A stretch of 64,000 bases of DNA, taken from positions 276,841-340,840 of the forward strand of contig RHPI01002533.1 in the NCBI GenBank assembly GCA_009103225.1, read 5' to 3'. The position numbers and the translations under genes are program-made. This stretch comes from Chlorokybus atmophyticus. Taxonomy: Eukaryota > Plantae > Mesostigma and Chlorokybus algae. Numbering within the stretch: the stretch's first letter is position 1; the number at the start of each line of letters is the position of its first letter. The notes under the pieces were generated by a model, which searched no databases, was not told the DNA's origin, and saw nothing but the letters and a program-made list of their open reading frames with translations. This document shows, in pieces, positions 48,548-61,100 of the stretch.

Positions 48548-49592
48548 ACTGTGAGGAACAACACCCGCAGTCGCACCCCCCGCTACCTCAGTAGCAGGCG
48601 GGCTGGGTGCATCGCCACGCCCAAGCGCCTGCAGTTTGGTAAGACAATCACCAACGGTTGCAATGAAAGCAGCTACAGTACCAAGCGTGTTTCTGCTTAC
48701 TGATCACAAATAGTAATGTCGAAATGAATGTGACTTAAGTCACAGTGCCAAGCATGCACAAACGTGGGGCGCCCACATGCATGTGTGCGTGCACGCGCGC
48801 ACGATGGGTGCGCATATGCCTGCACCTGTGCGCAGTTGCATGTGCCTGCGAACGCATGTGCGCGTGTGTGCTGCCTGGATGCTGTGGGCTGGGATGGCAT
48901 ACACGCAACTGCAACTTGCTGTAGACGTCTACCACCACACATGACTCATTCTCAGCAATTGAATTGCTGAGAAGACAAAGATTCCACCATGCCTGTAGCG
49001 CTTACTTGCTGCTGGGCGGCACCGTCGTGCTGCGTGTGCCCCATGGTTGGACCATGTGCCTGGAAAGAGAGAGAGAGCGTCTGATGGCATGTTTGTCACA
49101 TGGGCAACGCTTCGACCAGAAGCATGAGATTGCATGTTCATGCCACAACACCAATAAGCAACTTACATGTGGTACATGGTGTAAAGATGTGATTGTGACA
49201 GAACTAGCAAAGCACACATGCTCGTGCTTGCATGGTGTAGATTGTGAGCTGGCGTGTATGCTCTCTAAGATCTGCACACGAGGCGTCGTTCAAACAAGCA
49301 TAGCACTTGCCTCACCAGATCAAGCGATTACGTACGCTAAAGCGTGCAGCTTACGCGGCTCATACAACTTGACAGTTTTTCAAGCAACCAGTGGCCGCCG
49401 CCGAAGCTGCATGTGGAAAAACCCTACACAGGTGCCAGCTAGCACTGGCGCACGCTAATGCCTTTGACGTGACATGCTTCAGCAATCGCCCCCGCCTCAC
49501 AAGTGCTTGAGGTCTTCCACACTGAGCATAACACAGCTGATCGCCAGCCTGCCACAGCCAGTGTTTTGCCTTCCTCGAAAACAACCAATACT

Positions 49593-49624
<32 letters not shown>

Positions 49625-49779
49625 GCTGTGCTAGTTACCACCTTACCACAAGCGTACAAAGCGTACAGAGGTTGGTGACTCTGGTTATGCCTCGCATGCT
49701 GTCTGGGTCACAGTCGGCTGGAGGCCCTGGACACACGTCGGCTAACAGGGCGGCACATCTAACCCACATCAGTCGGTGC

Positions 49780-50140
49780 GTTGCTTTAACTTATGTAGAC
49801 TTGGAAAAAGCGTTCCCGTCTACGCCGTTTAGAGCGTTTCAAGACGCCGTCACGTGCTTCGGCCTGGGTGATGATTTCACGAGTATAATGATGGACATGC
49901 AATCTAACTTTACCATTTCGCCTCGCACCTCGGCAAGGCGTGCGGATCCCGTGCCTAAGTTGGGAGGACACAAGAGGGCTATCCGGCAACTTGCCGGCGG
50001 CAAGCCCAAAGCTTTTCGCATGGCCTAGGCCTAGTTTTCTGCAATGACTGCGAGCGTCTGATTAGGGGTGGCTGTCCCACAGGGAACCACAAAAGAGAAA
50101 TGCCAAGCTTTAGCGTACATGGATGATGTGCCGTATCTGC
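49780..50140 (+). pseudogene. Non-LTR (LINE-like) reverse transcriptase fragment
   Basis: YVDLEKAF, GVAVPQG-like segment and LAYMDD, with stops. Confidence 0.6.
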
Positions 50141-51633
50141 CCGGATAGAAGCCCCCCCCCTTTTCACCGAAGCCCCCACCTCTTCTTATAAAGGGGCCTT
50201 GTATTGGGGGGGGGGGCTTCTATTGGAAAGGGGGGCGCGAGTTACGCTGTCAGTTGGCTGAGTCGCGCGCATCAAGTTATCCGATACTTGACCACTTGAC
50301 GCGCATGAATTGCGCTGGCCTGCGCGAGTCAAGTGGTGGATTAATCACACCTATAACACACTGCCTTAACCCGTCATGTGCAAGGGTTGTAATTCAACGT
50401 GCCAGCCGCTGGTTATCCCGTGGGGAGCCATAGCCCTGTCGAACCCGCGCCGAATTACATGAATACTTGGGCTATTATGTAAGTGAGACGGCAGTGCCTT
50501 AAACTCGCGGCTGTCGGTGATTGAGGCTGTCGCATCTGTAAATTCGGATTTTTTGCCAAAATTGCATTTGTGGCTCAACTGGTGCCCTTTGACAAGGAGC
50601 AGCAGCTGCGCCGAGTGAAGGCCGTACTATTAGATGGTTGCGGACGGCGGCGCGTCTGATCCGTCACTCCATTGATCATGTGGTACTGAGGGCGGCGGGC
50701 CTCCATTCCATGGAGGACAAGCGCGCCATTTTGCCGAGTGACCCGCCGCGCCCTTGTCAATAGCTGCCTATAATCGGCGGACGTGTGCTGCCGCTGCTCC
50801 ACAAGCGCGGCCTACGTGGCGCTGCGAGGACACCTGCAGGGTGAAGATCCTTTTACTCCGGCCGGTTGGAGCCTATCTTGGTCAACCGCCCGCCGCTCAA
50901 ACACTGCAATCGGGACTTACGAAAAGTGGACCGCTCCACCCGTTGCGTTGCGTTGACGTGCAAACTACCGGTTATTGCAGGCTGCAATGACCGGCAATAC
51001 TTTGTACAACGCATCTGCGTTCAATACAGCATGTTCATTCCTTCTCAAGGCATCGGTGGCATTGCAACAGCGACACACGGTGTGTCGCTGTCGCGTGGCG
51101 GTGTGTCACACACCACCACGCGTCTGATGACTAAGAGGGTCTTTACATCTAAGGTTAAAGGTGCGAAGGTTAACAGCGCCTAACCTTGCCACGTTAGCAC
51201 AGGTTAAGCAATCGTCCCCCTTAATCTTACTGCCGGGTTCAGACTATGTTTTTGGCAGTTAGATTAACAAAAGTTTGCGTCGTTTCCCGCGATACTGGTG
51301 TAGGGTTTGCTCACACTGGAGGCGGCCGAGGCGGCCTGGAAGACGGCGTGGTGGGTGGCGGCGGCGGCGGCGGCGGCGGGGGGTAGCATGTGGGTGGGAG
51401 CGGTTGCTTGCAAGTCGGCGACGGCAGGTAGGCATGCGTACGTGTCCATGTGTGTGCGTGAGCGCAGGGGTCATTATGTGTGCAGATTCAGAGTCAGCGT
51501 GCGTGCGTGTATGTGTCAGTGTGTGTTGGTCACATGTGTGCAGAGACGGACTCCGTTCATGTGTTGTGCATGTGTGTGCCGAGTGAGTGCGTGTGTGTGA
51601 GCGTAAAGGCTGTGTGTGGGGAGGGGGGGGGGG

Positions 51634-52074
51634 NNNNNNNNNNNNNNNNNNNNNNNNNNNNNNNNNNNNNNNNNNNNNNNNNNNNNNNNNNNNNNNNNNN
51701 NNNNNNNNNNNNNNNNNNNNNNNNNNNNNNNNNNNNNNNNNNNNNNNNNNNNNNNNNNNNNNNNNNNNNNNNNNNNNNNNNNNNNNNNNNNNNNNNNNNN
51801 NNNNNNNNNNNNNNNNNNNNNNNNNNNNNNNNNNNNNNNNNNNNNNNNNNNNNNNNNNNNNNNNNNNNNNNNNNNNNNNNNNNNNNNNNNNNNNNNNNNN
51901 NNNNNNNNNNNNNNNNNNNNNNNNNNNNNNNNNNNNNNNNNNNNNNNNNNNNNNNNNNNNNNNNNNNNNNNNNNNNNNNNNNNNNNNNNNNNNNNNNNNN
52001 NNNNNNNNNNNNNNNNNNNNNNNNNNNNNNNNNNNNNNNNNNNNNNNNNNNNNNNNNNNNNNNNNNNNNNNNNN
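51634..52074. other. Assembly gap (N run)
   Basis: Run of N after a poly-G tract. Confidence 0.99.
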
Positions 52075-53153
52075 GGGCGTTGATCGCCACAATCAGGCAG
52101 GCGTTGACCAGTCACCAAGCTCGGCGTCAGCGTTTGCTATCCTTGCCAGCAGATGGAGAGGACATGCACTCCACAAGCACTGCATGGGCGGCTGTTGCTA
52201 CGATGCGAGAGCATGTCAGCATTTGGTATTGCTTTCCGCGGACACAAGCGTGGTTTGATAGAGTCGTGTCTGTACATTGGCCTGATGCTATGTGGAAGAC
52301 TCACTTTCGTTTGAGTGCAGCTTCATTCAATGCATTGTGCCAGGCCTTATCTAACACTGAGTTATTTAAAATCGATACACGCTTTAGAGAAGCGATACCA
52401 TTGCATAAGCGGGTTGCCATAGGGTTGCATAGGCTTGGACATGGTACCCCTTATCATGTGTTAGGTGAGTTGATGGGTGTAAGCACTGCTAGTGCTTGCC
52501 AAATTTGTGAGCAGTTTGTGCGAGTTGTCAGTGCAGAACTGCGTGTCTTAATAGCATGGCCGGAGGGTGCGCGCTTGAGGCAAGTAATGGCGCGTTGGGA
52601 GGGTAAAGGATTCCCAGGCTGCGTAGGCGCTATAGATGGCAGTCACATTATGATCAAGAAGCCGACTACTCCACACGCTGCTGATTACTTCAACCGCAAA
52701 GGCAGCTACTCCATCATCCTTCAAGTAAGCGTGTACCTATCTATGCAACCTATGCAAGTATGACCCATGCATTGTGTTGCCACAAGTTGTGTCGTACATA
52801 AAACTGCATGCGTGCTGCAGGCCGTGGTCGATTACGACCTGCATTTCACCCATATCGACATCGGCTGGCCCGGCAGTGTGCATGATGCAAGGGTGTTCAG
52901 CAGTTCCGGGTTGTATCGATCCATTTACCAAGACAAGACCATCATGCAAGAGCCCATCCTGACACTTGACTCTGGTGATCGTGTGACCCCTTACATTCTC
53001 GGTGATGCTACATACCCGTTAACTCAACACCTGATCGTGCCCTACCCAGGACAGCGTGATGCTTTACCTGAGTGGCAGAGTGTTTTCAACTTCCGCCACT
53101 CGTCCGCACGCATGGCTGTTGAACGAGCGTTCGGGGTGCTCGGCACAACGTAA
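52075..53153 (+). CDS. Harbinger DDE transposase (5' end in gap; C-terminus apparently truncated)
   Basis: FRLS, RVAIGLHRLGHG, GCVGAIDGSHI, YFNRKGSYSIILQ|AVVD (intron 52725-52820), GWPGSVHDARVF, ILGDATYPL, FNFRHSSARMAVERAFG. Confidence 0.93.
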
Positions 53154-53199
53154 GCATGCGTTCGGGGTGCTTGGCACAACGTAAGCATGCTATTGCCAA

Positions 53200-54948
53200 G
53201 TGTGAGGCAGTCTTCCTTGACAACATGAACATACCTTGGCAAGTCTTTGATGGCTCCTCCTCACCTCCCCCGGCGGTGAAAGAGGTGGGTGGCTCTGCAG
53301 CTGCGGTGCTGCCCAACGCGTCCTCCATCAACTCGTAGACACGGATGTTGTTGCCCAGCAAGTTGTTGGGCACTTCCCACTCCTTCTTGTGATCTACCTC
53401 AAGGCTGAAGTAGTCGGGTGCGCCTGACCGCCTAGCAAAGCGACGGATCTCATAGTATTGCGATCTCATGTTGCTCCACCTGTAGCCCATGCACATGTTA
53501 GCAAGGCGAACTACCCACCCACATACACGAACCCTGGCATACATACGTTCACATGCACACAACAACCAGCAAGTGGCTGACCTATCATCGCACTGAGCGG
53601 GTGTGCGCTCGAACACCCCATTGGCTGCCTCGGCAAGCTTAGATGCAGCTGCTGCAATCTCCTTCCACTTCAAGGTCTTGTTCTTACTTGCTTGGTAAAC
53701 GCCGGTGGCCCACTTCTCGTGGGACTCCTTGTGTGCAGCAATCAACCAAATGCTTTCCGCTGCACTCCACGTTCCTGCACGATTTTTGCCTGCACAGTAC
53801 ACGCCGGGCAGTCATGCAAGCACCTACTCTCATTCTACACACCTGCACGTGCGCAGCCTCTAGCCATGCACTTGTACAAACTTCAACACTGACTGTGCAC
53901 GTGCACGCAGGTGCTGTGAGTGTGCACACACATGCACGCTAGCAGATTCTGACTGTGCACACACACGCACAACTATTGTATCACCATGCACACACATGCA
54001 AGCACCTATCAATCTACACACCTGCACGCGCACAGCCTCTAGCCATGCACATGTACAAACTTCAACACTGATTGTGCACGTGCATGCAGGTGCTGTGAGT
54101 GTGCACACACATGCATGCTAACAGATTCTGACTGTGCACACACATGCACAGTTATTGTATCACCATGCACGCACATGCACGAATTGCTTGACTCTACACA
54201 CACATACATCACAGCACACAAACACATTCGCACTGCGCACACGTGCACATTCTAGCACATGCATGCAGCACGCAAGCTCATCCAGACTGTGCACACACGT
54301 GTACCTGCTGCTGCAGGCGTGGCCTTCTTCTTCTTCGAAGGGGCACTTCGCGCAACATGCTCAGACGTTGGGCAATGCACCGGCGCAGTTTCGGAGTGCG
54401 CGGGGGGCTCTTGAGCCGGAATGGGCTCAGTCGGCACGGTGCTGGGCGGCGAGTCGGGGCGTGCGTCTGGCCAAGACATTGCGGGTGCTGGGATGGGCAT
54501 CTGCAGATCGGAATCACGCCACTGAGTGATGCATGAATTGAATGCACGCACGCACGCATGCAAGCTCACTCGCACACACACACACGCACTCACATACAAT
54601 TACACTCTCACACTCACGCACGCACGCACTATACTGCACTGCACATACACGCACGCACTCACATACGCAATCACACTCTTACACACACGCACAAACACAC
54701 ACACACATACGCATGAACACACACGCACGCACGCATGCACGCACGTGCAATCACACCTGCACCAGATGAGGTCCTGTGGCTGGGTTGGGAGGGATGTGCT
54801 GCAGTAGCTCATGCGCTCGCTGCGCCCAATAGCCATCAAGGGTTACATCCGGTGATGTGGACGCAGCATAGTGCAGTCTACCTGGTGCAGCAGTGGGTTG
54901 ACTAGCTTGCATTGCATGCCACAGATGCTGCATGTGCTGAGCGTCCAT
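53200..54948 (-). CDS. Harbinger Myb/SANT-like (trihelix) DNA-binding protein, spliced
   Basis: WSAAESIWLI..KTLKWKEIA..RTPAQCDDR|WSNMRSQY; upstream P/S-rich exons; candidate ATG at 54948. Confidence 0.85.
53839..54195. repeat. Two ~179-bp tandem units in a Myb-gene intron
   Basis: ACACCTGCACG..GCCTCTAGCCATGCAC..ACTTCAACACTGA duplicated. Confidence 0.85.
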
Positions 54949-55366
54949 AGCAAGCAACACAACAAACCACCTCACAATGCCACCGCCTCCGCCTACCCTG
55001 CGAACTCCGCCGTCGCAGTCTTAAAAAAACCCCAGCGCCGGCATGTTTGAAATACACGACAAAAGGCGCGAGTATCAGCTCAGGCTTTGTCGTCCACTCA
55101 GACGCGACCGCAACTGCCGCGGCCCCCCTTAACATTTCCTAAAGCCGCTCGGGAGGTGGTTTAGGAAAAGTTGATAATGCACTGCAATGCATTGCAGACA
55201 ATTAGCCACGCTGGCATCGAGGTTAAGCAGCTCAATACTAACCGGCGGCCTAATCGACTAGTGTAACTGGTGCCTCCATTAGGTTAGAACGAAAAGCGCC
55301 GCCACGTCTGATAACCGCGAGGCTCGAACCTTAGGTGTAAAGACCCTCTAATACAGTATCTTGATG

Positions 55367-55520
55367 TAGTGTTGGGCTAACCCATTACCCGTTACCCGTC
55401 TAACCGGCAGGTTTGTACCCGCGCTTACCCCGAGGGCGACGGGGTGTCATAGAACTTGTGCGGGTCAAGGCGGGTTAACACAGCAGGTAATGCGGGTAAA
55501 TGCGGGTGAAGACGGGTAAT
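55367..55520. mobile_element. Possible hAT-type element end with ACCCG/CGGGT subterminal motifs
   Basis: TAGTGTTGGG start followed by about 8 ACCCG/CGGGT motifs; no matching end with TSD found. Confidence 0.35.
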
Positions 55521-55934
55521 GCATGTGAACTGTGACAGTAACATGAGCAAATGTAGATACATGTGTTAAACCCTATCTGATAATTACCATGACACGTATG
55601 CTTGCTTAGTACAAATGCAGGTTCACATGAGTTTACAAGCGTGTTACACGGGTAAGCACCATGATAATAGTTTTAACTGCAATGCATGCAGCGATAGTTG
55701 TTTGTTTTTACAGGGCATTTTATGTCACGCCCACAAGGCAGGCAAAAGTCATTCTCTGTCCCTTACTTATGTGGTAAGTAAGATGAGACCAAGTGGGGAC
55801 CAACACTACGCAAGCGTGTGTAGTGCTTGTGGGTGTGCTCTCATGTAGGTCTGCTCTTGAACCTGTGCGGCCTTGAGCATGATGAACTACACAAGGCATG
55901 ATGGCAAGCACAGGGCTGATCATAGCCGATGAGA

Positions 55935-56260
55935 CATCATGTGATGTACAGAGACATATGTGTGCATATGTCCGCATGTGTATGCATGTGTTTGCATATG
56001 TGTGCACATGTACGCATATGCGTGCATATGCGTGCATGAGAGGTATGTACTAGATGTATGCATGTATATGCATGCATGCGCATATGTGTGCATATGCGCG
56101 CATATGTATGCATAAGGATGCATAGGTATGCATGAGTATGATGTCCTAGGCTGATGTGACCAGCCAAGGACGTTCACAACGTCCAAGGATGATGTGTGTG
56201 ATGTTTTAGGCTGATTTGACCAGCCTAGGGACGTTTACAATGTCCGAGGCTGATGTGTGA
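55935..56260. repeat. ATGCAT/GTAT low-complexity tract and two ~58-bp tandem units
   Basis: Alternating purine-pyrimidine run, then TGATGT..TAGGCTGAT.TGACCAGCC twice. Confidence 0.75.
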
Positions 56261-57089
56261 TCAGTCTTGGGCGTTGAAAGAGGTCCAAGGGCTGATGTGG
56301 CAGCCCTAGACATGAGTGGTGGTCAACGCAGCCATGACAAGGCATGTAGCCTTGGACTTGGATGTTCTAGGTCGGAGAGCAGCAAAGAGAGGGTATATGA
56401 ACGGCCTCAACATGTGTTGAGGCAGCTCAGCATGTGCATACTCGACTCTTGTGTGTGGGGTGCCTAGTTTAGTTGTTCAAGGGGCTCTCCCTCTCATCCC
56501 ATGTGGGGTGTGATGTCCGTGGCAGCTTTGCACATGTGTGTGAGGTGTGTGAGTGTGTGGGAGCTGAGTAGAGAGGTTGGTGTCACCCTCTCCTTCCTTG
56601 GTGCTGTGACTTCCTCTGCAAGGTACTGCACCAGTGACGCTGGTAGGGCTTCCAGTAGTAAGTCCTTGTGCTTGTGCATAAGTTCGCCAAGCCGCCCAGC
56701 AAGTAAGTGAGTGGTATCGTTACACTAGGTTGTTGCTTACTAATCCGACAGGCTTGTCCGCGCAGGCTCGAAACCTAGCGACGAAGTCGCAAATGCGTTG
56801 CAAACCATGCGTTGCGACTTTTCGGGTTGTTGCAAACTGCGGCCTAACATTTTTGGTTGGATTGCGCATTAAGATTGATCCCCTTTATACATGATTTAAC
56901 CAATAAATAGTACACGATGTGGCAAGTATTAAGTTCAAGAAAAGACAGATATTAAACTTAATACATACAAATTACCAAACCTTAACAGCAGCTAGATACT
57001 AAACTAAGTATTAGCTGCAGCAAGAAAGAAAGAAATGCAAAAGTCGATACGCTGCTAACATATGCATCCCTAATTAAGTTATAGCTGGA

Positions 57090-57640
57090 TCTCCAATTAA
57101 GTTGAGGGCAAGGCCGAATTGTTGGGGGGCCATTTCTACCGGTGAAGTACCCGCTGCAAACATCGAGTACTGGCATGGTGCAAAAAAGCGGCATCACTGC
57201 ATCTTCTTGAACCCTCGCCACAAAATCAAGCTGCCTATGTCGTGCGCATTCTGCCACCACATCCCAGATGTCGATATGGAGCATCACAACGCATGCGATC
57301 ACGTGACATTTAAATGCTCAGGGTGCCACAAAGCCAACCATTAAATGGTACAGCAAGCTTTTTGCGACCCTCGCAACATAGCACTGCTGATCCACGCCGA
57401 CGGCTTCAGCTCAACAAACACTGTGAAGCACAGTTGCACCGTTGTCAGTGCCTCTGTGCTCAATGGCGGGAAGCGCATTTTTTCACAAGAGTCTTCGGTC
57501 ATGCCTTCGCTTTTGTTCCCACTCATCAGCTTCCAAACGGTGTGGACAGTCTGGAGCCTTCTTGAAACTACTGGTGCGTGACCTGGAGAACCTCTACTGA
57601 ACGGCTTCGCTGTTCGTTACGGCCTCAATTCCAATCATGT
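57090..57640 (+). pseudogene. Second CACTA/Mirage-like transposase fragment
   Basis: DPRNIALLIHADGF..VLN and, after frameshift, LEP.LKLLVRDLENLY.NGFAV. Confidence 0.65.
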
Positions 57641-58136
57641 CGAAAGCTGCGTGCTTGATCGACGATCAGGTAATGACAAATTATATCACCTATATTACCC
57701 AAAGTCTCATAGGCACAGTTCAAAGTCTACGACTTGCAATCCATGGCTGTGATCTAGAGACTCATATACATTGGATGGTGCCCACAACTTACAACATATC
57801 TGTAAAGGGACTTTTCCCTTATTTAAGGTTTTCCTTGACATCATTTTATATGATCTTTAATAGTCAATTATATGCCAAGCTCCACTGGTTTCTCGCTCTA
57901 AGCTTATTAAAACCCTTATATTAGTCTAATTCAAGTTATGAGTCCAGCGGATGATATTCGCGACTCTTACCCTAATTGTTTGATATCAACCAAACTGGTC
58001 CAAGATATGGCTGATGTTGAGTGGTTTGGATGGGGTTCTTTACCACAACAGTTACAGCGGCGGCGTGGGTAGGGTCGTTTGTGTGGGTGTTGGGGTAGAG
58101 GATTTAAAGGGGAGTTTGGCATTTCCCCTTTACATT

Positions 58137-61100
58137 TGGTATCGGAGCTACCCTTCCTTGTGGATACAGCTGTGATTGAATTATCGTAGGGGAGCGCCGG
58201 CAATCAAACAGACCATCGGCAGCACCGCCGCCACAATTTTCAGGCCGGAAGCCTGGCAATCCACGCTGCACTGCTCATCCACCTGCGGCGTGACCTGCGT
58301 CGTCGCAGCAGGTGCTATTGTAATCTCGCCCCTCTCCCTTGTGGGGAGGTGGATGTGCGTGAATGTTTGCTAGCTCGCGTGCATTGTGTGCGTAGTAATT
58401 TGTGCACATTTATTAGCAAAGAGAGCCTCTCGAGATAATCCCCTTAGTAATTGAAAGAGCTTCTCAGATTTCCCTTTGCGCTGCAGTAGGGCACCTAGTT
58501 TTAAGTTGCTTGACTTTGCATGGCAATATGTGACAGTACTCACTCACATGATAATACCATTCTTTGAGTGGCATTGCACTCAGTGTTACAACACGAGCAA
58601 CCTCTGACATAAGACTTGTCGTTGTTCGTTGTTGCGAGCTTTGCTTGCACAACTCTTTTAGCTTGCACAGCGTTGTTCTTACCAGCTACATTGATGTGTT
58701 CAGACATGGCAAAAGGCAAGTCAAGGAAGACATCTCAGGGCACTGTGGATTCCTCGCCTACTGCTATGCAAGTAGAGGGGCAAAAGGAGAACTTCTCCTA
58801 TTGAATACAGTTGACCCTCAGGATGAAATTGATGGGGCCATTCTCCTTGAGCTCACCAAGCAAGAACGTTTTCTCCGCCATCGACCCTACTCTGTGGGGG
58901 AGGCAAAACGGTTTATAGGTGATGTACGAAGGCACCTTCTTGCTGGTGAAAAGTTTGACAAACTTGAACCCGCTAAGTTCAACAACGCCTTACACTTGAT
59001 GTAGAGAAGCGGTTGAAAGAAGTTTAACAGGGGGCGACCCCATTAAAGTTGCCTGCAGACCCTGCGCAGATTGTGCATGTTGTTCTTAAAGGCCTGGGCA
59101 GAACAGCACACAGCAACAACCTGCACCAGCAGCTACTCGCATTATTTCTGGGGGAGCTCAACAGAGCCAACCTTTTTTGTTGCAACCCATTAAAAACAAT
59201 GATAAATCCTTTTAAAATTTATGGCGTGTTTTTAAATGCTGCTTCCAATGGCTCATGTTGCGCATTCCAAACCTTGGCACAATGTTGTCGCCATCATAAA
59301 CCGTTGGCGCGAGGCATTACTTTTTGATTGGAGAATGCAATGTTATGGGTCTCGCATCTGTCTCAGCAATTGACGACGTTGCGTTTTGCACCCGCCATGA
59401 GCACTATGTCTGCCAGTGCCAAGATGGCATTGGTCAAGCCATCAAAGTTTGATCCCACTGACAAGAAGACTACAGTCAAGAAGTGGATCGTGTCCATTAA
59501 CAACTGGTTGGCCTTAACCACTGATATGTCAGAGGAGGGCAAGTTCAACATTGTGCTCAACTTGGCACCAGCTGAGGTGCAGCTGCAGCATGAGAAGGGC
59601 AAGTTTGCGAGTACCATGCAAGCACTGCTGCACTACATGCGCAGTCACTATAAGAGTGTTGCACCTTGGGTGGAAGCAGACGAGAAGTTGGGCCAGTTAA
59701 AAGGGCAACATGAGTGCTGATGTGTATGCACGCGAGTGGCGCCTGTTGGTTGATGTCAACCAAAAACCACTTCCATATGATGCGGTTGCGCAGATGCACT
59801 ACTTTTGCAGCGGATTACGCAAGGAGATTGTTACCAGCTTGCAGCTAAAAGGGGACAACACTATGTGGGGGCCTGGGGATCTGAATTAGTGCATCAAGCC
59901 TGTCATCAGTCTCGACCACTCTCTGCGGTCTACCAAAGCAACTCATTCTGAGGATACAGCTGCAGTGTCAGCGTAGAAGAAGAGAGAGCACACCAACGGC
60001 AAACGTGGGGCACCTCAGCACTCCAAGAAGCCCCGCTTCAACAAGCAAAAGGTGGCTTGTGCTTCTTGCAAGAAGCCTGGTCATATGGCATCATTGTTGG
60101 CAGCTGCACCTTGAGCTCAAGGCCTCGACATCTCAGAAGATGGGCAAGGGCAAGGGCAAGAAGACTCAGCAACAGCCGCAGGGATTAGCCGTGCTCATTG
60201 TGCCTAGTGACGTTGGTTTGGATTACCTCTGTTGTGCGTACACATAGTGTTACACATGCTTAATTGGATCATGACACGTTGCTTGTGTTGCGGCGTGAGG
60301 AACTAGTAGCATGTCGCACAATCCGGGGGGGACACTTTTGGTGCAACGTTAATGAAGGTTTGGTCAATTGTTACCGCATTTTATGATTTCGTTCAACATT
60401 TGAAGTCATCCCACAGCTGTTTAGTTACTAGACCTCCACTACATGAAATTGGTAATGCTTCCGCCGCACAGTGACCATGCGCTAGTGGCAGCATTCAACG
60501 GTCATCTTATTCCCTGACTATGAACCTTTTAAGGTTCTTTAGCGGGTTATCATGCTTCATTTGTGTTGGACATCGCTGCTATGCATAGCTTCATTGATCA
60601 ATCGTTAATGAAACGCTTATCGCTGGCTATGTCACAAGCAAACATGCTGTTGCATGTAGCATGGTGTAACACTTTGCCTCTATATGGCGTGGTCAATGTA
60701 CGCCTGCGCATTAGTGCATACTCGGGCGTGTTGAAGTTGTTGGTCATAGATCTTGGGATTGACAATACTGACATCCTGGGGCTTAATTGGCAGCAAGCTG
60801 CGCGTCTGACTCCAGACACAGATGCAAAAGCGTGTTATGTACGCAAAGGTAAACGTAGCATTATACTCACCACGCAATTGCAATGAGCCATGCAAGCCTG
60901 CAGGGCTTTTGAATGCTCTGCAAGCCAAACGTGTGTATCGCAAGCACAATTCAATGGCCTTATTGGCTCATGTACGCGCTTTTTCTGATGCCAGCAGCGA
61001 TGCTGTAAACGGCATACCTGAAATGCAACAAGTGGTGAGCACATTTAGTGATGTGTTTGCTGACGCTTTGCCGGAAGTACCACTGGATAGAGGTATTGGT

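Larger units (their letters stand above)
51135..55348. mobile_element. PIF/Harbinger DNA transposon with both TIRs and TSD
   Basis: 22-bp TIR GAGGGTCTTTACA(T/C)CTAAGGTT (1 mismatch), TSD TAA (51132-51134, 55349-55351), convergent transposase and Myb/SANT genes. Confidence 0.95.

Noticed and set aside
51259-52258. Long ORFs spanning poly-X
   Set aside because: Artefacts of the N gap.
55367-55808. hAT MITE bounded by TAGTGTTGGG and ACCAACACTA
   Set aside because: Flanks TCTTGATG and CGCAAGCG do not form a TSD.
56723-56860. CACTA pentamer and AAGTCGCA..TGCGACTT inverted repeat as left end of the second CACTA fragment
   Set aside because: No partner terminus, TSD or subterminal array is visible.
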